A DNA stretch of 64,000 nt from Trichormus sp. ATA11-4-KO1 (GTDB taxonomy: Bacteria; Cyanobacteriota; Cyanobacteriia; Cyanobacteriales; Nostocaceae), in NCBI GenBank assembly GCA_019358915.1, contig JAHHIM010000025.1, forward strand, positions 8,377-72,376, read 5' to 3'. The notes below the pieces were generated by a model. That model was not told where the DNA came from. It did no database searches and worked only from the letters and a program-made list of their open reading frames with translations. This document shows, one piece after another, positions 1-9,325 of this stretch (position 1 is its first letter; each line of letters opens with the position of its first letter). The translations under genes and the position numbers were made by a program.

Positions 1-246
1 TTTACCATCACACATAGCTATGGCTTCTCCTTTGAGGACAAAAAACATTTCTACCGCCCATTGATGACGATTTGGCGGTGTTTGCCCACCTACATCAAAA
101 ATTTCGATGCAGCAAGTTAAAGAAGTATTAGCATTGATGGAATCAAAAATAATCGCCAACCGATTAGAATCATGTGGACTAATACGATATGTTTGATAAT
201 CTTTGGGAGACTTGATGACAGGAATTACACATCTAGTAGCGTGCAT
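1..246 (-). CDS. Cupin-domain protein (3' part runs off the window)
   Basis: Not in the ORF track. Manual translation from the ATG at 246 gives MHATRCVIPVIKSPKDYQTYRISPHDSNRLAIIFDS...GGQTPPNRHQWAVEMFFVLKGEAIAMCDGK, with cupin-like P-x-x-x-H...E-x-F-x-V-L-x-G. Same strand, just downstream of the cysteine hydrolase. Confidence 0.8.
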   Translation of the reverse strand, partial: MHATRCVIPVIKSPKDYQTYRISPHDSNRLAIIFDSINANTSLTCCIEIFDVGGQTPPNRHQWAVEMFFVLKGEAIAMCDGK

Positions 247-288
247 TTATTTATCCCCTTTCAATTGATAACTGTAAATACTCCCCAC

Positions 289-1059
289 TCAGGAAGGAAG
301 CACTTTGAGAAAAGCTTGCGAGTCAGTCACAAAACCGAAACATTGCTTGACGTTATACAAAGTTGCTAGCCAACAATACTCAGGAGAGGTCGTAGCAGTA
401 CAATCTTTAACTAAAATGCAGTCATAGCCTAAGAAGTTGGCATCACATAGCGTGGCCATCACACATTGGTCAGCATTGACACCCCCAAATAATAGTGTCG
501 TTATTCCCAAGTTCCGCAGAATACTATCTAAAGGCGTATCCCAAAACCCACTCATGCGGTATTTATCCACACGAATATCTTCCGGTAGCTGTTGGAGTTC
601 GTCTACCGCCGCCGCCGCCCAACTACCTGCCATGAGTACTTTAGCACCATTACTGGGCAAGGGATCGCCCAATCCCACCCCGTCGCCTGTGGGGTTGTAC
701 ACGTGATGTAAACCAGCACTAATATTTAATAAGTCGGGACGGTTGCCCCAGTTTAACCAAATTACAGGCACACCAGCTGCACGCAGTTCTGGAAGTAACC
801 TGTTTAAAGGTTCGATGGGCTGACGTGCTGGTGTGACATCCACGCCGATATGCGCTAACCAACCATCAGGGTGACAGAAGTCATTTTGCATATCAATGAC
901 GAGGATAGCGGTTTTTGCCAAGTCTAAACGCAGATTTTTGGTTTCTGTTGATAAGATAACGGGTTGTGGGGTCTTTTGAGGACGAGTGATATCTGCGATC
1001 GCCTGATTCACAGTCCACGCATTTGGTGCAACTCCCAATGTCCGAGAAGGTAGATTCAT
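289..1059 (-). CDS. Isochorismatase-family cysteine hydrolase (amidase)
   Basis: VIDMQNDF (Asp), DKYRMSGF (Lys) and GVNADQCV (Cys) triad motifs. ATG at 1059 (MNLPSR) preferred over the 1071 start. Confidence 0.9.
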   Translation of the reverse strand: MNLPSRTLGVAPNAWTVNQAIADITRPQKTPQPVILSTETKNLRLDLAKTAILVIDMQNDFCHPDGWLAHIGVDVTPARQPIEPLNRLLPELRAAGVPVIWLNWGNRPDLLNISAGLHHVYNPTGDGVGLGDPLPSNGAKVLMAGSWAAAAVDELQQLPEDIRVDKYRMSGFWDTPLDSILRNLGITTLLFGGVNADQCVMATLCDANFLGYDCILVKDCTATTSPEYCWLATLYNVKQCFGFVTDSQAFLKVLPS

Positions 1060-1142
1060 ACATGACAACACCCAAGACCATCTTTAAATTTGTAGCTTGA
1101 ATTGTTACTGCGTGTTCGATAACTTAATCAAGGTTAAATATC

Positions 1143-1445
1143 GTGAATTTGACTAGCAAGACTGGGCAGCCGATGACTTCCCTAAAAATGTTTGAGATTT
1201 GGAAACAATCACGATCTAAAGGAGGCAAGTACAAGTACTCAGGCGTGGTTCAATCCTTGGCAGACGAAGAGAAATTAACTTACCTCAAACCTTACGCTAC
1301 AAGGCACACGTTCGCTACTTGGGCAATAATTAGTAGTGGTATCAGTCCCGACAAGGTAGCGCTGTGGATTGGCGACACTGTAGAGACGGTTTTGAAATAT
1401 TACTGCCATCCAGAAATAGTCAGCGCCGAGTGTCCAGACTTTTAG
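1143..1445 (+). pseudogene. C-terminal fragment of a tyrosine recombinase/integrase
   Basis: KPYATRHTFATWA...VALWIGDTVETVLKYY resembles the H/YxxRH box and catalytic Tyr region. Only about 100 aa; the N-terminal domains and first catalytic Arg are absent. Confidence 0.75.
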
Positions 1446-1517
1446 TTTTGCTACTCATTTTTTCTACTCAAAACGGTAGTCTTAGAGTGGTGGTTTGAGT
1501 CACTTCCAGACATTCTT

Positions 1518-3743
1518 ATGTTACCTAAACCCAAGAAATATTGGACACCCCAGCATTGGGCTAGTTGGAAACCATTTGGCGTTGGCGAACAGTACCCCAA
1601 CAACTATTGGGAAGTGCTACGGGCAATTTGGCTATCTCGTGACCAGCTGCCCTATGCGTGGAATATCCTGAATCAGGGTGTTTGTGATGGTTGCGCCCTG
1701 GGAACTACTGGCATGAAAGATTGGACGTTAGATGGCATTCATCTATGTAATGTACGGCTGCGGTTGTTGCGGATGAATACTATGCCAGCTTTTGAACCTG
1801 GGTTACTAGAGGATGTCTCCCAGTTGCAAAAGCAAAAAAGCGCCCAGTTACGTGACTTAGGACGACTGGCTTACCCGATGATGCGTCAACGAGGAGACAA
1901 AGGTTTTCATTGTGTGAGCTGGGATGAAGCTTTACAAGTAATTAGCGATCGCATCTCCTCTACTACACCAAATCGCCTCAGTTTCTACATTACTAGTCGC
2001 GGCACTGTGAACGAAACATATTATGCTACCCAAAAAGCTGTGCGGGCAATGGGAAGTAATAATATTGATAATGCTGCTCGGATTTGTCATTCTCCTAGCA
2101 CAGCTGGACTCAAAGCTACCCTCGGTGTCGGGGCTACCACTTGTGCTTATAAAGACTGGATTGGTACGGATTTATTAGTATTTATTGGCTCTAACGTTGC
2201 CAACAATCAACCTGTTACCGTCAAGTATCTCCACTACGCTAAGAAAGCTGGTACCAAGATTGTGGTAATTAATACTTACCGCGAACCAGGAATGGAGCGA
2301 TATTGGGTACCTTCAATTCCCGAAAGTGCGCTGTTTGGGACTAAATTTGCCGAAGATTTCTTTTTGGTGAATTTGGGTGGAGATATGGCATTTTTGAATG
2401 GCACAATCAAATATATGATTGCTAACGACTGGATAGACCAGTCATTTATTGCAAATTACACAGCAGGCTTTACAGAACTACAAGCTGAGTTAGAAAATCA
2501 ATCTTGGGAAGAATTAGAGCGAATTTCTGGCGCATCCCGTGAGCAAATGTATGCCTTTGCCAAAATGGTTGGAGAAGCCAACAAAGCTGTATTTGTGTGG
2601 AGTATGGGCATTACCCAGCATGAATGTGGCGAAGATAATGTACGCAGTATCATCAACCTAGCACTCACCAAAGGTTTTGTTGGGCGGGAAGGTTGCGGTT
2701 TAATGCCAATTCGTGGTCACTCTGGGGTACAAGGTGGGGCAGAAATGGGATGTTACGCTACTGTTTTCCCTGGTGGTCAGCCCATCACCCCAGAAAATGC
2801 TGCCCAGTTCAGCCAGGTTTGGGGTTGGGAAGTACCTGAAAGTCCAGGTTTAATTGCCCCAGAAATGATTGATGCAGCCGATCAAGGGCAGTTAGATTTG
2901 TTGTTTTCCGTAGGTGGTAATTTCTTAGAAGTACTGCCAGAACCAGATTTTGTAGAAAATGCCCTGAAGCGGATACCGTTGCGGGTGCATATGGATATTG
3001 TTCTTTCTAGCCAAATGTTGGTGGAACCTGCTGACACAGTGGTGCTGTTACCTGCGACTACTCGCTACGAAGTACCAGGGGGAGTCACACAAACCAATAC
3101 CGAACGCCGAGTAATTTTCAGTCCAGAGATTCCGAGGCCACGGGTGGGAGAGGCGCGTCCAGAATGGGAAGTATTTATGGAATTAGCAAGACGAGTCCGA
3201 CCAGATTTAGCAGACAAGCTGACTTTTACTGATACATCTGCCATCCGAGAAGAAATTGCTCAAGTCGTCCCACAATACGCGGGGATTCAACACTTGCAGC
3301 AGGCTGGTGACCAGTTTCAGTATGGCGGGTCACATTTGTGCTTTGGTTGGCGCTTCCCCACACCCGATGGCAAGGCTCATTTTACTTCACTTTCTCCCGC
3401 CCACAGAGAATTACCAGATGGGTATTTTTTCGTAGCCACACGCCGGGGCAAGCAATTTAATAGTATGGTGCAGGAGTGCAAAGATGCTATTACTGGAGCA
3501 GTGCGTGATGCTGTACTAATGAATGCTGGGGATGCAGCAAAGTTGGGCTTAAAAAATGGTGATGTAGTAATTCTTAAAAATGAGTTAGGCAAGTTACACG
3601 GGCAAGTATATATTGTGCCTATTCAGTCAAGTAATTTACAAGTGCATTGGCCAGAAGGTAATGTACTACTAGATAAAAGCAAGCGATCGCTTGAAGGTGT
3701 GCCCGATTATAACGCCGTAGTACACCTAGAAAAACAAAGTTAA
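1518..3743 (+). CDS. FdhF/YdeP-family molybdopterin oxidoreductase
   Basis: CDGC, ARICHSPS, WSMGITQH, PIRGHSGVQG and C-terminal TRRGKQFNS molybdopterin-dinucleotide domain; 741 aa. Confidence 0.9.
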   Translation: MLPKPKKYWTPQHWASWKPFGVGEQYPNNYWEVLRAIWLSRDQLPYAWNILNQGVCDGCALGTTGMKDWTLDGIHLCNVRLRLLRMNTMPAFEPGLLEDVSQLQKQKSAQLRDLGRLAYPMMRQRGDKGFHCVSWDEALQVISDRISSTTPNRLSFYITSRGTVNETYYATQKAVRAMGSNNIDNAARICHSPSTAGLKATLGVGATTCAYKDWIGTDLLVFIGSNVANNQPVTVKYLHYAKKAGTKIVVINTYREPGMERYWVPSIPESALFGTKFAEDFFLVNLGGDMAFLNGTIKYMIANDWIDQSFIANYTAGFTELQAELENQSWEELERISGASREQMYAFAKMVGEANKAVFVWSMGITQHECGEDNVRSIINLALTKGFVGREGCGLMPIRGHSGVQGGAEMGCYATVFPGGQPITPENAAQFSQVWGWEVPESPGLIAPEMIDAADQGQLDLLFSVGGNFLEVLPEPDFVENALKRIPLRVHMDIVLSSQMLVEPADTVVLLPATTRYEVPGGVTQTNTERRVIFSPEIPRPRVGEARPEWEVFMELARRVRPDLADKLTFTDTSAIREEIAQVVPQYAGIQHLQQAGDQFQYGGSHLCFGWRFPTPDGKAHFTSLSPAHRELPDGYFFVATRRGKQFNSMVQECKDAITGAVRDAVLMNAGDAAKLGLKNGDVVILKNELGKLHGQVYIVPIQSSNLQVHWPEGNVLLDKSKRSLEGVPDYNAVVHLEKQS

Positions 3744-3756
3744 TAGAAGATTAAGT

Positions 3757-4545
3757 ATGTTAGGAGCGATCGCAGGTGACATTATTGGTTCAGTATATGA
3801 AGGCAAAAATTTCAAAACGAAAGATTTTCCACTTTTTAATCGCGAATGCCGCTTTACTGACGATACAGTTTTGACTGTCGCCGTTGCCGATGTCATTTTA
3901 AACAATGGCAAGTCACTGGAAAGTAGTCAATACATCGACCACTTCAAGTCGTACTACCGCCGCTATCCTTATGCTGGTTACGGACGTAATTTTAGAGAAT
4001 GGGCCAACTCTAGCAGCCGCCAACCTTATAACAGTCTGGGTAACGGTGCAGCCATGCGAGTTAGTCCCATTGGATTTGTCTTTAATGATTTAGATACCGT
4101 AATCCGAGAAGCCCAGCGTAGTGCAGAGGTTACCCATAACCATCCTGAAGGGATCAAAGGCGCTCAAGCAACTGCTGCTGCCATTTTTCTCGCACGTACA
4201 GGTCATGATCAAGCCAAGATTAAATCTTACATTCAAAGTACTTTTGGCTATGATTTAGAGCGAACCTTGAACCAAATTCGACCAACCTATCAATACGATC
4301 CTACCTGTCAAGGTTCTGTGCCCCAGGCAATCATTGCTTTTTTGGAATCCACTAATTTTGAAGATGCTATCCGTAATGCTGTGTCAATTGGTGGTGACAG
4401 CGACACCATTGCTTGTATTACAGGTGGTATAGCCCAAGCATTTTACGGTGGCGTACCCAGTGCGATCGCTAAATTGGCTTTATCTCATTTAAATGAACAT
4501 TTGTGTACTGTGACCGAAACTTTTATGTTTCAGTACTGTGATTGA
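3757..4545 (+). CDS. ADP-ribosylglycohydrolase (DraG/ARH family)
   Basis: GAIAGDIIGS, FTDDT, GNGAAMR, THNHPEG and GGDSDT motifs. Confidence 0.92.
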   Translation: MLGAIAGDIIGSVYEGKNFKTKDFPLFNRECRFTDDTVLTVAVADVILNNGKSLESSQYIDHFKSYYRRYPYAGYGRNFREWANSSSRQPYNSLGNGAAMRVSPIGFVFNDLDTVIREAQRSAEVTHNHPEGIKGAQATAAAIFLARTGHDQAKIKSYIQSTFGYDLERTLNQIRPTYQYDPTCQGSVPQAIIAFLESTNFEDAIRNAVSIGGDSDTIACITGGIAQAFYGGVPSAIAKLALSHLNEHLCTVTETFMFQYCD

Positions 4546-4586
4546 CCTGATTAGCCGCTTCTTCCACCCTGTACACCCTGGTTTTT

Positions 4587-4820
4587 TTAAGAAAACTTTT
4601 CCCAGGATTGAGTCAGCAATTGACTCAGCCAGCGTCGTTGCTGCTGATCCAGTACAGGGTCATCAGCTAATACTTGAGCGGTTAATTCCTCCAAGGATTG
4701 ACCCTGAGAACGCACAAGTTTAATAACTCCAGCAATTGCTGAGGCTACGAGTTCTTCATCAACTGGCTGTTGTCTCAAGGCAAAAATTTCCTGGGGACTG
4801 TCTGGGATGGGATAATTCAT
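4587..4820 (-). CDS. Small hypothetical protein (77 aa)
   Basis: Clean ATG-started ORF with plausible helical composition; fills the gap between two genes. Confidence 0.7.
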   Translation of the reverse strand: MNYPIPDSPQEIFALRQQPVDEELVASAIAGVIKLVRSQGQSLEELTAQVLADDPVLDQQQRRWLSQLLTQSWEKFS

Positions 4821-4981
4821 GGCGTGGTCTTAAAAAAAATAAAAATGAACAATAGACTTTGACAAACTATTAAAAACTCTTTACTGAATCTTTATTGAAC
4901 TAATAGGGCGGAGTTTAGCGTATTTTCTGCCTTTTTAAAATCTGTCTTAGTGAATAGATTTATCGGAGATGTCAGCAAAAA

Positions 4982-7117
4982 ATGATGAAAGAAATACTTT
5001 ATCTAGAAGTTCCGACTCCAAATATTGCGGCTGTACGTAGTTGGCTGCAAGTAGATTTTCAACCAGGACATGGGGAAAAAATCCTCACCTCGGATGGCTT
5101 TCGTTGGCAAATGTCGGCTGAGACTACAAATGCTAGTGCGGCGATTCCCGAAAAATTACCGGCTGAACTTTCTGTATTTGTTTGGTCAGTGCAGCGAACT
5201 ACTTACCTAAAAGTGTTCCGTTGGGCAGACAAGCCCCTTCCTGGAGAAAAGCAAATCCTGCAACGCCTAAGGATGGAAATTAGACAGCAATTTCCCCATA
5301 ACTACCCTGAACCTCCAGCCATTGATTCCCAGCAATCGATTTTTGAGGCATTAGCGTCATATTACCCTCTCACCGTTAAATATTTTCAGCAAATGCCCAA
5401 TGGGGAATATGACCTCAAGCGTGCCTACTGGTGGGAGCAAAAATGGCGCGAAGGGGTGCGGAATCCTCGGCAGCCAAAGCAGGTAGTGTTTTTGCAAAGC
5501 AGGGGAGCAGGGGAGCAGGGGAGCAGGAGAGCGGGGGAGAATAGCCTTCCAACTCTCTCCCCCACCTACGACCTCATCTACATCGGCGGAGCCTTAGGGG
5601 TGATCCATGCGGCTGTCATGGCCAAGGTGGGATATAAGGTGCTGCTGGTAGAGCGAATGCCTTTTGGACGAATGAATCGAGAATGGAATATTTCCCGTGA
5701 TGAACTCCAAAGCATAATTAACTTGGGTTTGGTCACAGTAGCCGAATTAGAAACCGTGATTGTCCGGGAGTACAAAGATGGATTTAATAAGTTTTTTGAT
5801 GGCAATAATCCAGACAAATTGCGATCGCCTATTTTGCACACACCCACAGTGTTAAATTTAGCCTTAGACTCGGAAAAATGGTTGCAAATGTGCGGGCAAA
5901 AGCTGCGGGATGCAGGCGGTGAAATCTGGGATGAAACAGAGTTTATGCGTGCGGATGTTGATAAATCACAAGTTGTGATTACAGTCAAGCATTTACCTAG
6001 TCAAAATGAGCAGCAAGTAAGTGGGCGACTGTTAGTAGACGCCATGGGAACTGCTTCCCCAATTGCCTGGCAGTTAAATGGTGGTCGTGCCTTTGATAGT
6101 GTTTGTCCGACGGTGGGAGCGGTCATTGCAGGAGGATTTGAACCGGGAGTCTGGGATTCTCAATATGGAGATGTGCTTTATAGTCACGGAGATATTTCCC
6201 GGGGAAGACAGTTGATTTGGGAATTATTTCCCGGAATGGGTGAAGAACTGACGATTTATTTATTTCATTACCACGAAGTTAATCCCGAAAATCCTGGTTC
6301 TTTGCTGGAAATGTACGAAGACTTTTTCACAATTTTGCCAGAATATCGCCGTTGTGATTTAGACAAGCTGGTATGGAAAAAGCCGACATTTGGCTATATT
6401 CCCGGGCATTTTAGTGTGGGGAGTAGCGATCGCACCGTTGCTTTTGATAGATTAATTGCCATCGGAGATGCCGCATCTCTCCAGTCTCCCCTGGTTTTCA
6501 CTGGTTTTGGTTCCTTGGTGCGGAACTTGGAGCGCTTAACAGTACTTTTAGATACTGCTCTCAAGCATGATTTACTCAGTTTCCGTAACTTAAATAGAAT
6601 TCGCGCTTACCAAAGTAATGTTTCCGTAACTTGGTTATTTTCTAAAGGTATGATGGTACCGACGGGGAAATTCTTACCACCCCAAAGGATTAACTCCATG
6701 CTCAATACCTTCTTTGGGTTATTAGCAGACGAACCCCCAGAAGTAGCAGATAACTTCATCAAGGATAGATGTGATTGGTTAACTTTTAATCGTTTAGCCC
6801 TGAAAGCAGCTCGCAAAAATCCTGCCTTGCTGTTGTGGATTTGGGAACTAGCTGGGTTTAGAGATTTGGTCAGGTGGCTGGGAAATTATGTTAATTTCGG
6901 TCTTCATTCCTTAGTCAGTGCTTTACTGAGTGCATGGTTACCGCGCTTCTTGGTGCAAAGCCAACCTTGGCTAGAACCACGCTACCCAGCATTGTGGTTA
7001 AGGCTGCTGGTGATTAACTACGCTATCACCACTGGTAAGCTGCGATCGCACCATCAAATCACACAAGTCAACCCAGAAGCGATCGTGCGAAAATCAGAGG
7101 CGAGAATTCTCAATTAA
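4982..7117 (+). CDS. cruA: FAD-dependent oxidoreductase, CruA-type lycopene cyclase family
   Basis: YDLIYIGGALG Rossmann motif, REWNISR, LVDAMGTASP and IGDAASLQSPLVFTGFG. About 700 aa with an N-terminal extension, which fits CruA better than the shorter CruP. Confidence 0.7.
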   Translation: MMKEILYLEVPTPNIAAVRSWLQVDFQPGHGEKILTSDGFRWQMSAETTNASAAIPEKLPAELSVFVWSVQRTTYLKVFRWADKPLPGEKQILQRLRMEIRQQFPHNYPEPPAIDSQQSIFEALASYYPLTVKYFQQMPNGEYDLKRAYWWEQKWREGVRNPRQPKQVVFLQSRGAGEQGSRRAGENSLPTLSPTYDLIYIGGALGVIHAAVMAKVGYKVLLVERMPFGRMNREWNISRDELQSIINLGLVTVAELETVIVREYKDGFNKFFDGNNPDKLRSPILHTPTVLNLALDSEKWLQMCGQKLRDAGGEIWDETEFMRADVDKSQVVITVKHLPSQNEQQVSGRLLVDAMGTASPIAWQLNGGRAFDSVCPTVGAVIAGGFEPGVWDSQYGDVLYSHGDISRGRQLIWELFPGMGEELTIYLFHYHEVNPENPGSLLEMYEDFFTILPEYRRCDLDKLVWKKPTFGYIPGHFSVGSSDRTVAFDRLIAIGDAASLQSPLVFTGFGSLVRNLERLTVLLDTALKHDLLSFRNLNRIRAYQSNVSVTWLFSKGMMVPTGKFLPPQRINSMLNTFFGLLADEPPEVADNFIKDRCDWLTFNRLALKAARKNPALLLWIWELAGFRDLVRWLGNYVNFGLHSLVSALLSAWLPRFLVQSQPWLEPRYPALWLRLLVINYAITTGKLRSHHQITQVNPEAIVRKSEARILN
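5501..5540 (+). repeat. Tandem 8-mer (AGGGGAGC)n inside the cruA-like CDS
   Basis: aggggagc x3, then aggagagc and gggggaga. Confidence 0.9.
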
Positions 7118-7179
7118 TCAAAAGTTCATTACTCAGTGCTGAGTACTTTCTTCCTCTTCTTCTGACTCAGCACTCTTGA

Positions 7180-8721
7180 CTATTGATTATTGGGGCGAAA
7201 ATTCGGCAGTTCTACAGATGACAACGACTTGCGCCCTTTAGGTGGACGCTGAGGATAAACTACTGGTGAAGGTGATTGCATATCGTTGGTGTAATCATTA
7301 AATGATTCTTGGGGTAAATCAGTAGTCGATGATTCTTCCTCATGTTTATCTGCTTCTATGGCTACGTCTATGGTTTCGCCACGCACACTATCAGCATTAG
7401 CTTCGGTGAGAGGGAAGGTGAATGATGCTGGTGAAGGTGTAGAATCTGCCCCCAAAGAAGAATTTATTGCTTCTGCATATGGCTGTTCTGGTAAAGTTTC
7501 TGGTTGCTCATCATCTTCAAGGGTTTTGGCTCTAGTTTCCCAAAAAGGCGTATCAGTTTGATTTGTGTTGATATTGGTTTCGGTTGCAGGTGGTGATCCA
7601 GATACAGGCTGAGGGGTAAAAAACAGTTGGATGAGACTATCTAGTTGCTCATCTAGGTTTGATGATCCCGTAGAGGAAACGGTTTCTGGTTTAGTGAAAA
7701 AATCATCAATTTCTGAGGACGCAGCTGGTTGTGAAGGACTGGAAGTGTCTTCCTTAACTGGCCAGTTCCAAGGAGATGATGGATTAGGAGCAGGATGATG
7801 GCTTTTGTATGGGGGTGATGTGGAAGATTGACCCTGAGGATAATTGAGTCTATCGATAAAAGATTCTGGTTCTGCTGACCAAGGTCTAATTGGCTGCACG
7901 TTAGGAAATAAAGACCGAGCCTTTCTAGAAAATCTTGTTTGGTGGTTGGTAGTGTCGTCTGAGGAGTTATTCGGAGCTGGTGTCTCTAGGCATTTTTCTA
8001 AAGCCGCTTTGAATTGTAAAGTCTGGCGTTGTTGGCGCATCAGCCTAGTACGTAACTCCCGACAAGTATTTTCTGATTGCAATGCCTGCTGAGACTGTTC
8101 GTTATAGTTAGTTTGCAGTAACGCACATTCTCGCTCTAACTGAGCCAGGCGCTGTTGGCTAATTTCGAGTTGTGCTTTGTAAGTTTCAATAAAGTTTTCT
8201 TGGCGTTGAACTGTTTGTACAGCAGTTTCTAACTCTTGGAATAGAGATTTAATTTGTTCTTGGGCTGCGGCTAGTTCCTGAGTTTGTTGGTTAAGCATTG
8301 ACTCGGTAACACTGGAGCGTCTTTTTTGCCACTGCAAAGCTTTTTCCGATTCAGCTAGGTCATCTTTGAGATGCTCCACCTGCTCATACAATTCATTGTT
8401 AGCAGCACGCAATTCTTCATTCAATGCCAGTAGCTGCTTAAATTCAGCATCAATCAGTTTTTGTTGTTCGCTATTAGGCTCTACAACCCAGTCCTGCTGA
8501 GTAGTATTTTGTGGGGAATTAGGAGTTTGCACCTCTGGCTGTTGATTTGGCGCTGGCTTGAGGAGTGGTAATTGCGTATTTACCATATTTTCAGGAGGCA
8601 CAACTGAGTAAAAGGGACAGCTAGGCTGCTCCGGTTGTAGCGAATTGTCAGAATTTAAGGATTCCATCACAGCCCTGTTGTTTGAGGTGTCAGGTTCATT
8701 CATCACTCTTGACCCACTCAC
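7180..8721 (-). CDS. Coiled-coil protein with disordered Pro/Ser/Thr-rich termini
   Basis: About 160 aa of Q/E/L-rich heptads (LLALNEELRAANNELYEQVEHLKDDL...RQQRQTLQFKAALEKCLE); C-terminal SPSPVVYPQRPPKGRKSLSSVELPNF. Confidence 0.8.
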   Translation of the reverse strand: MSGSRVMNEPDTSNNRAVMESLNSDNSLQPEQPSCPFYSVVPPENMVNTQLPLLKPAPNQQPEVQTPNSPQNTTQQDWVVEPNSEQQKLIDAEFKQLLALNEELRAANNELYEQVEHLKDDLAESEKALQWQKRRSSVTESMLNQQTQELAAAQEQIKSLFQELETAVQTVQRQENFIETYKAQLEISQQRLAQLERECALLQTNYNEQSQQALQSENTCRELRTRLMRQQRQTLQFKAALEKCLETPAPNNSSDDTTNHQTRFSRKARSLFPNVQPIRPWSAEPESFIDRLNYPQGQSSTSPPYKSHHPAPNPSSPWNWPVKEDTSSPSQPAASSEIDDFFTKPETVSSTGSSNLDEQLDSLIQLFFTPQPVSGSPPATETNINTNQTDTPFWETRAKTLEDDEQPETLPEQPYAEAINSSLGADSTPSPASFTFPLTEANADSVRGETIDVAIEADKHEEESSTTDLPQESFNDYTNDMQSPSPVVYPQRPPKGRKSLSSVELPNFRPNNQ

Positions 8722-9103
8722 TTAATTGCTAGGGTTAGCATTGCTGAACAATTGCATCAGATCAGGGTTTACTCTAGAAGCCAAGTCGGACTTTCCCCAA
8801 GCATGAGTGATTAGTCATGAGTCAGTGTTCCCCTTTTTGCATCTAGAACTGATGCCGTTATAACATTATGAGCTTATCCCTCGTCAACCTTCGGAATCAA
8901 GGGGTATCTTAGTTTAAATGCTACCAATATACGGGCTTGATTACAGATACCGAAGCAGATTTTATCCTAACTTGGCTTTGTTAAACTCATTCTGCCTCTA
9001 CAACTGTTAACTTGAGAAATCAAGTTTCAGCTCAATCACGAGTGTAATCGCAACATGCATTATTAACACAACGCCTCAGAAAAAAAAGTAAATTTGGTTT
9101 GTA

Positions 9104-9295
9104 TTAACTAGCTTGTTGTCCGAACCGTCTTTGTAATTCAGCCTCCACTTCCTCGATTGTCATAGAAACAGGATTTGGAGATGCAGCGCGTCTTCTATCG
9201 ATGTAAATATGGAATGCTTCATCGTCGTTACGGTGCGCCAAAATATAGGATTTTAGCTGCTCTAAAGGCATTTCTTGAAAGTTAGGTTTTGTCAT
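9104..9295 (-). CDS. Small protein, DUF6887-like
   Basis: MTKPNFQEMPLEQLKSYILAHRNDDEAF matches my recollection of this cyanobacterial family. ATG at 9295. Confidence 0.65.
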   Translation of the reverse strand: MTKPNFQEMPLEQLKSYILAHRNDDEAFHIYIDRRRAASPNPVSMTIEEVEAELQRRFGQQAS

Positions 9296-9325
9296 AGCCA
9301 AAAAACTTCTCCACCCAGCGCTTCC

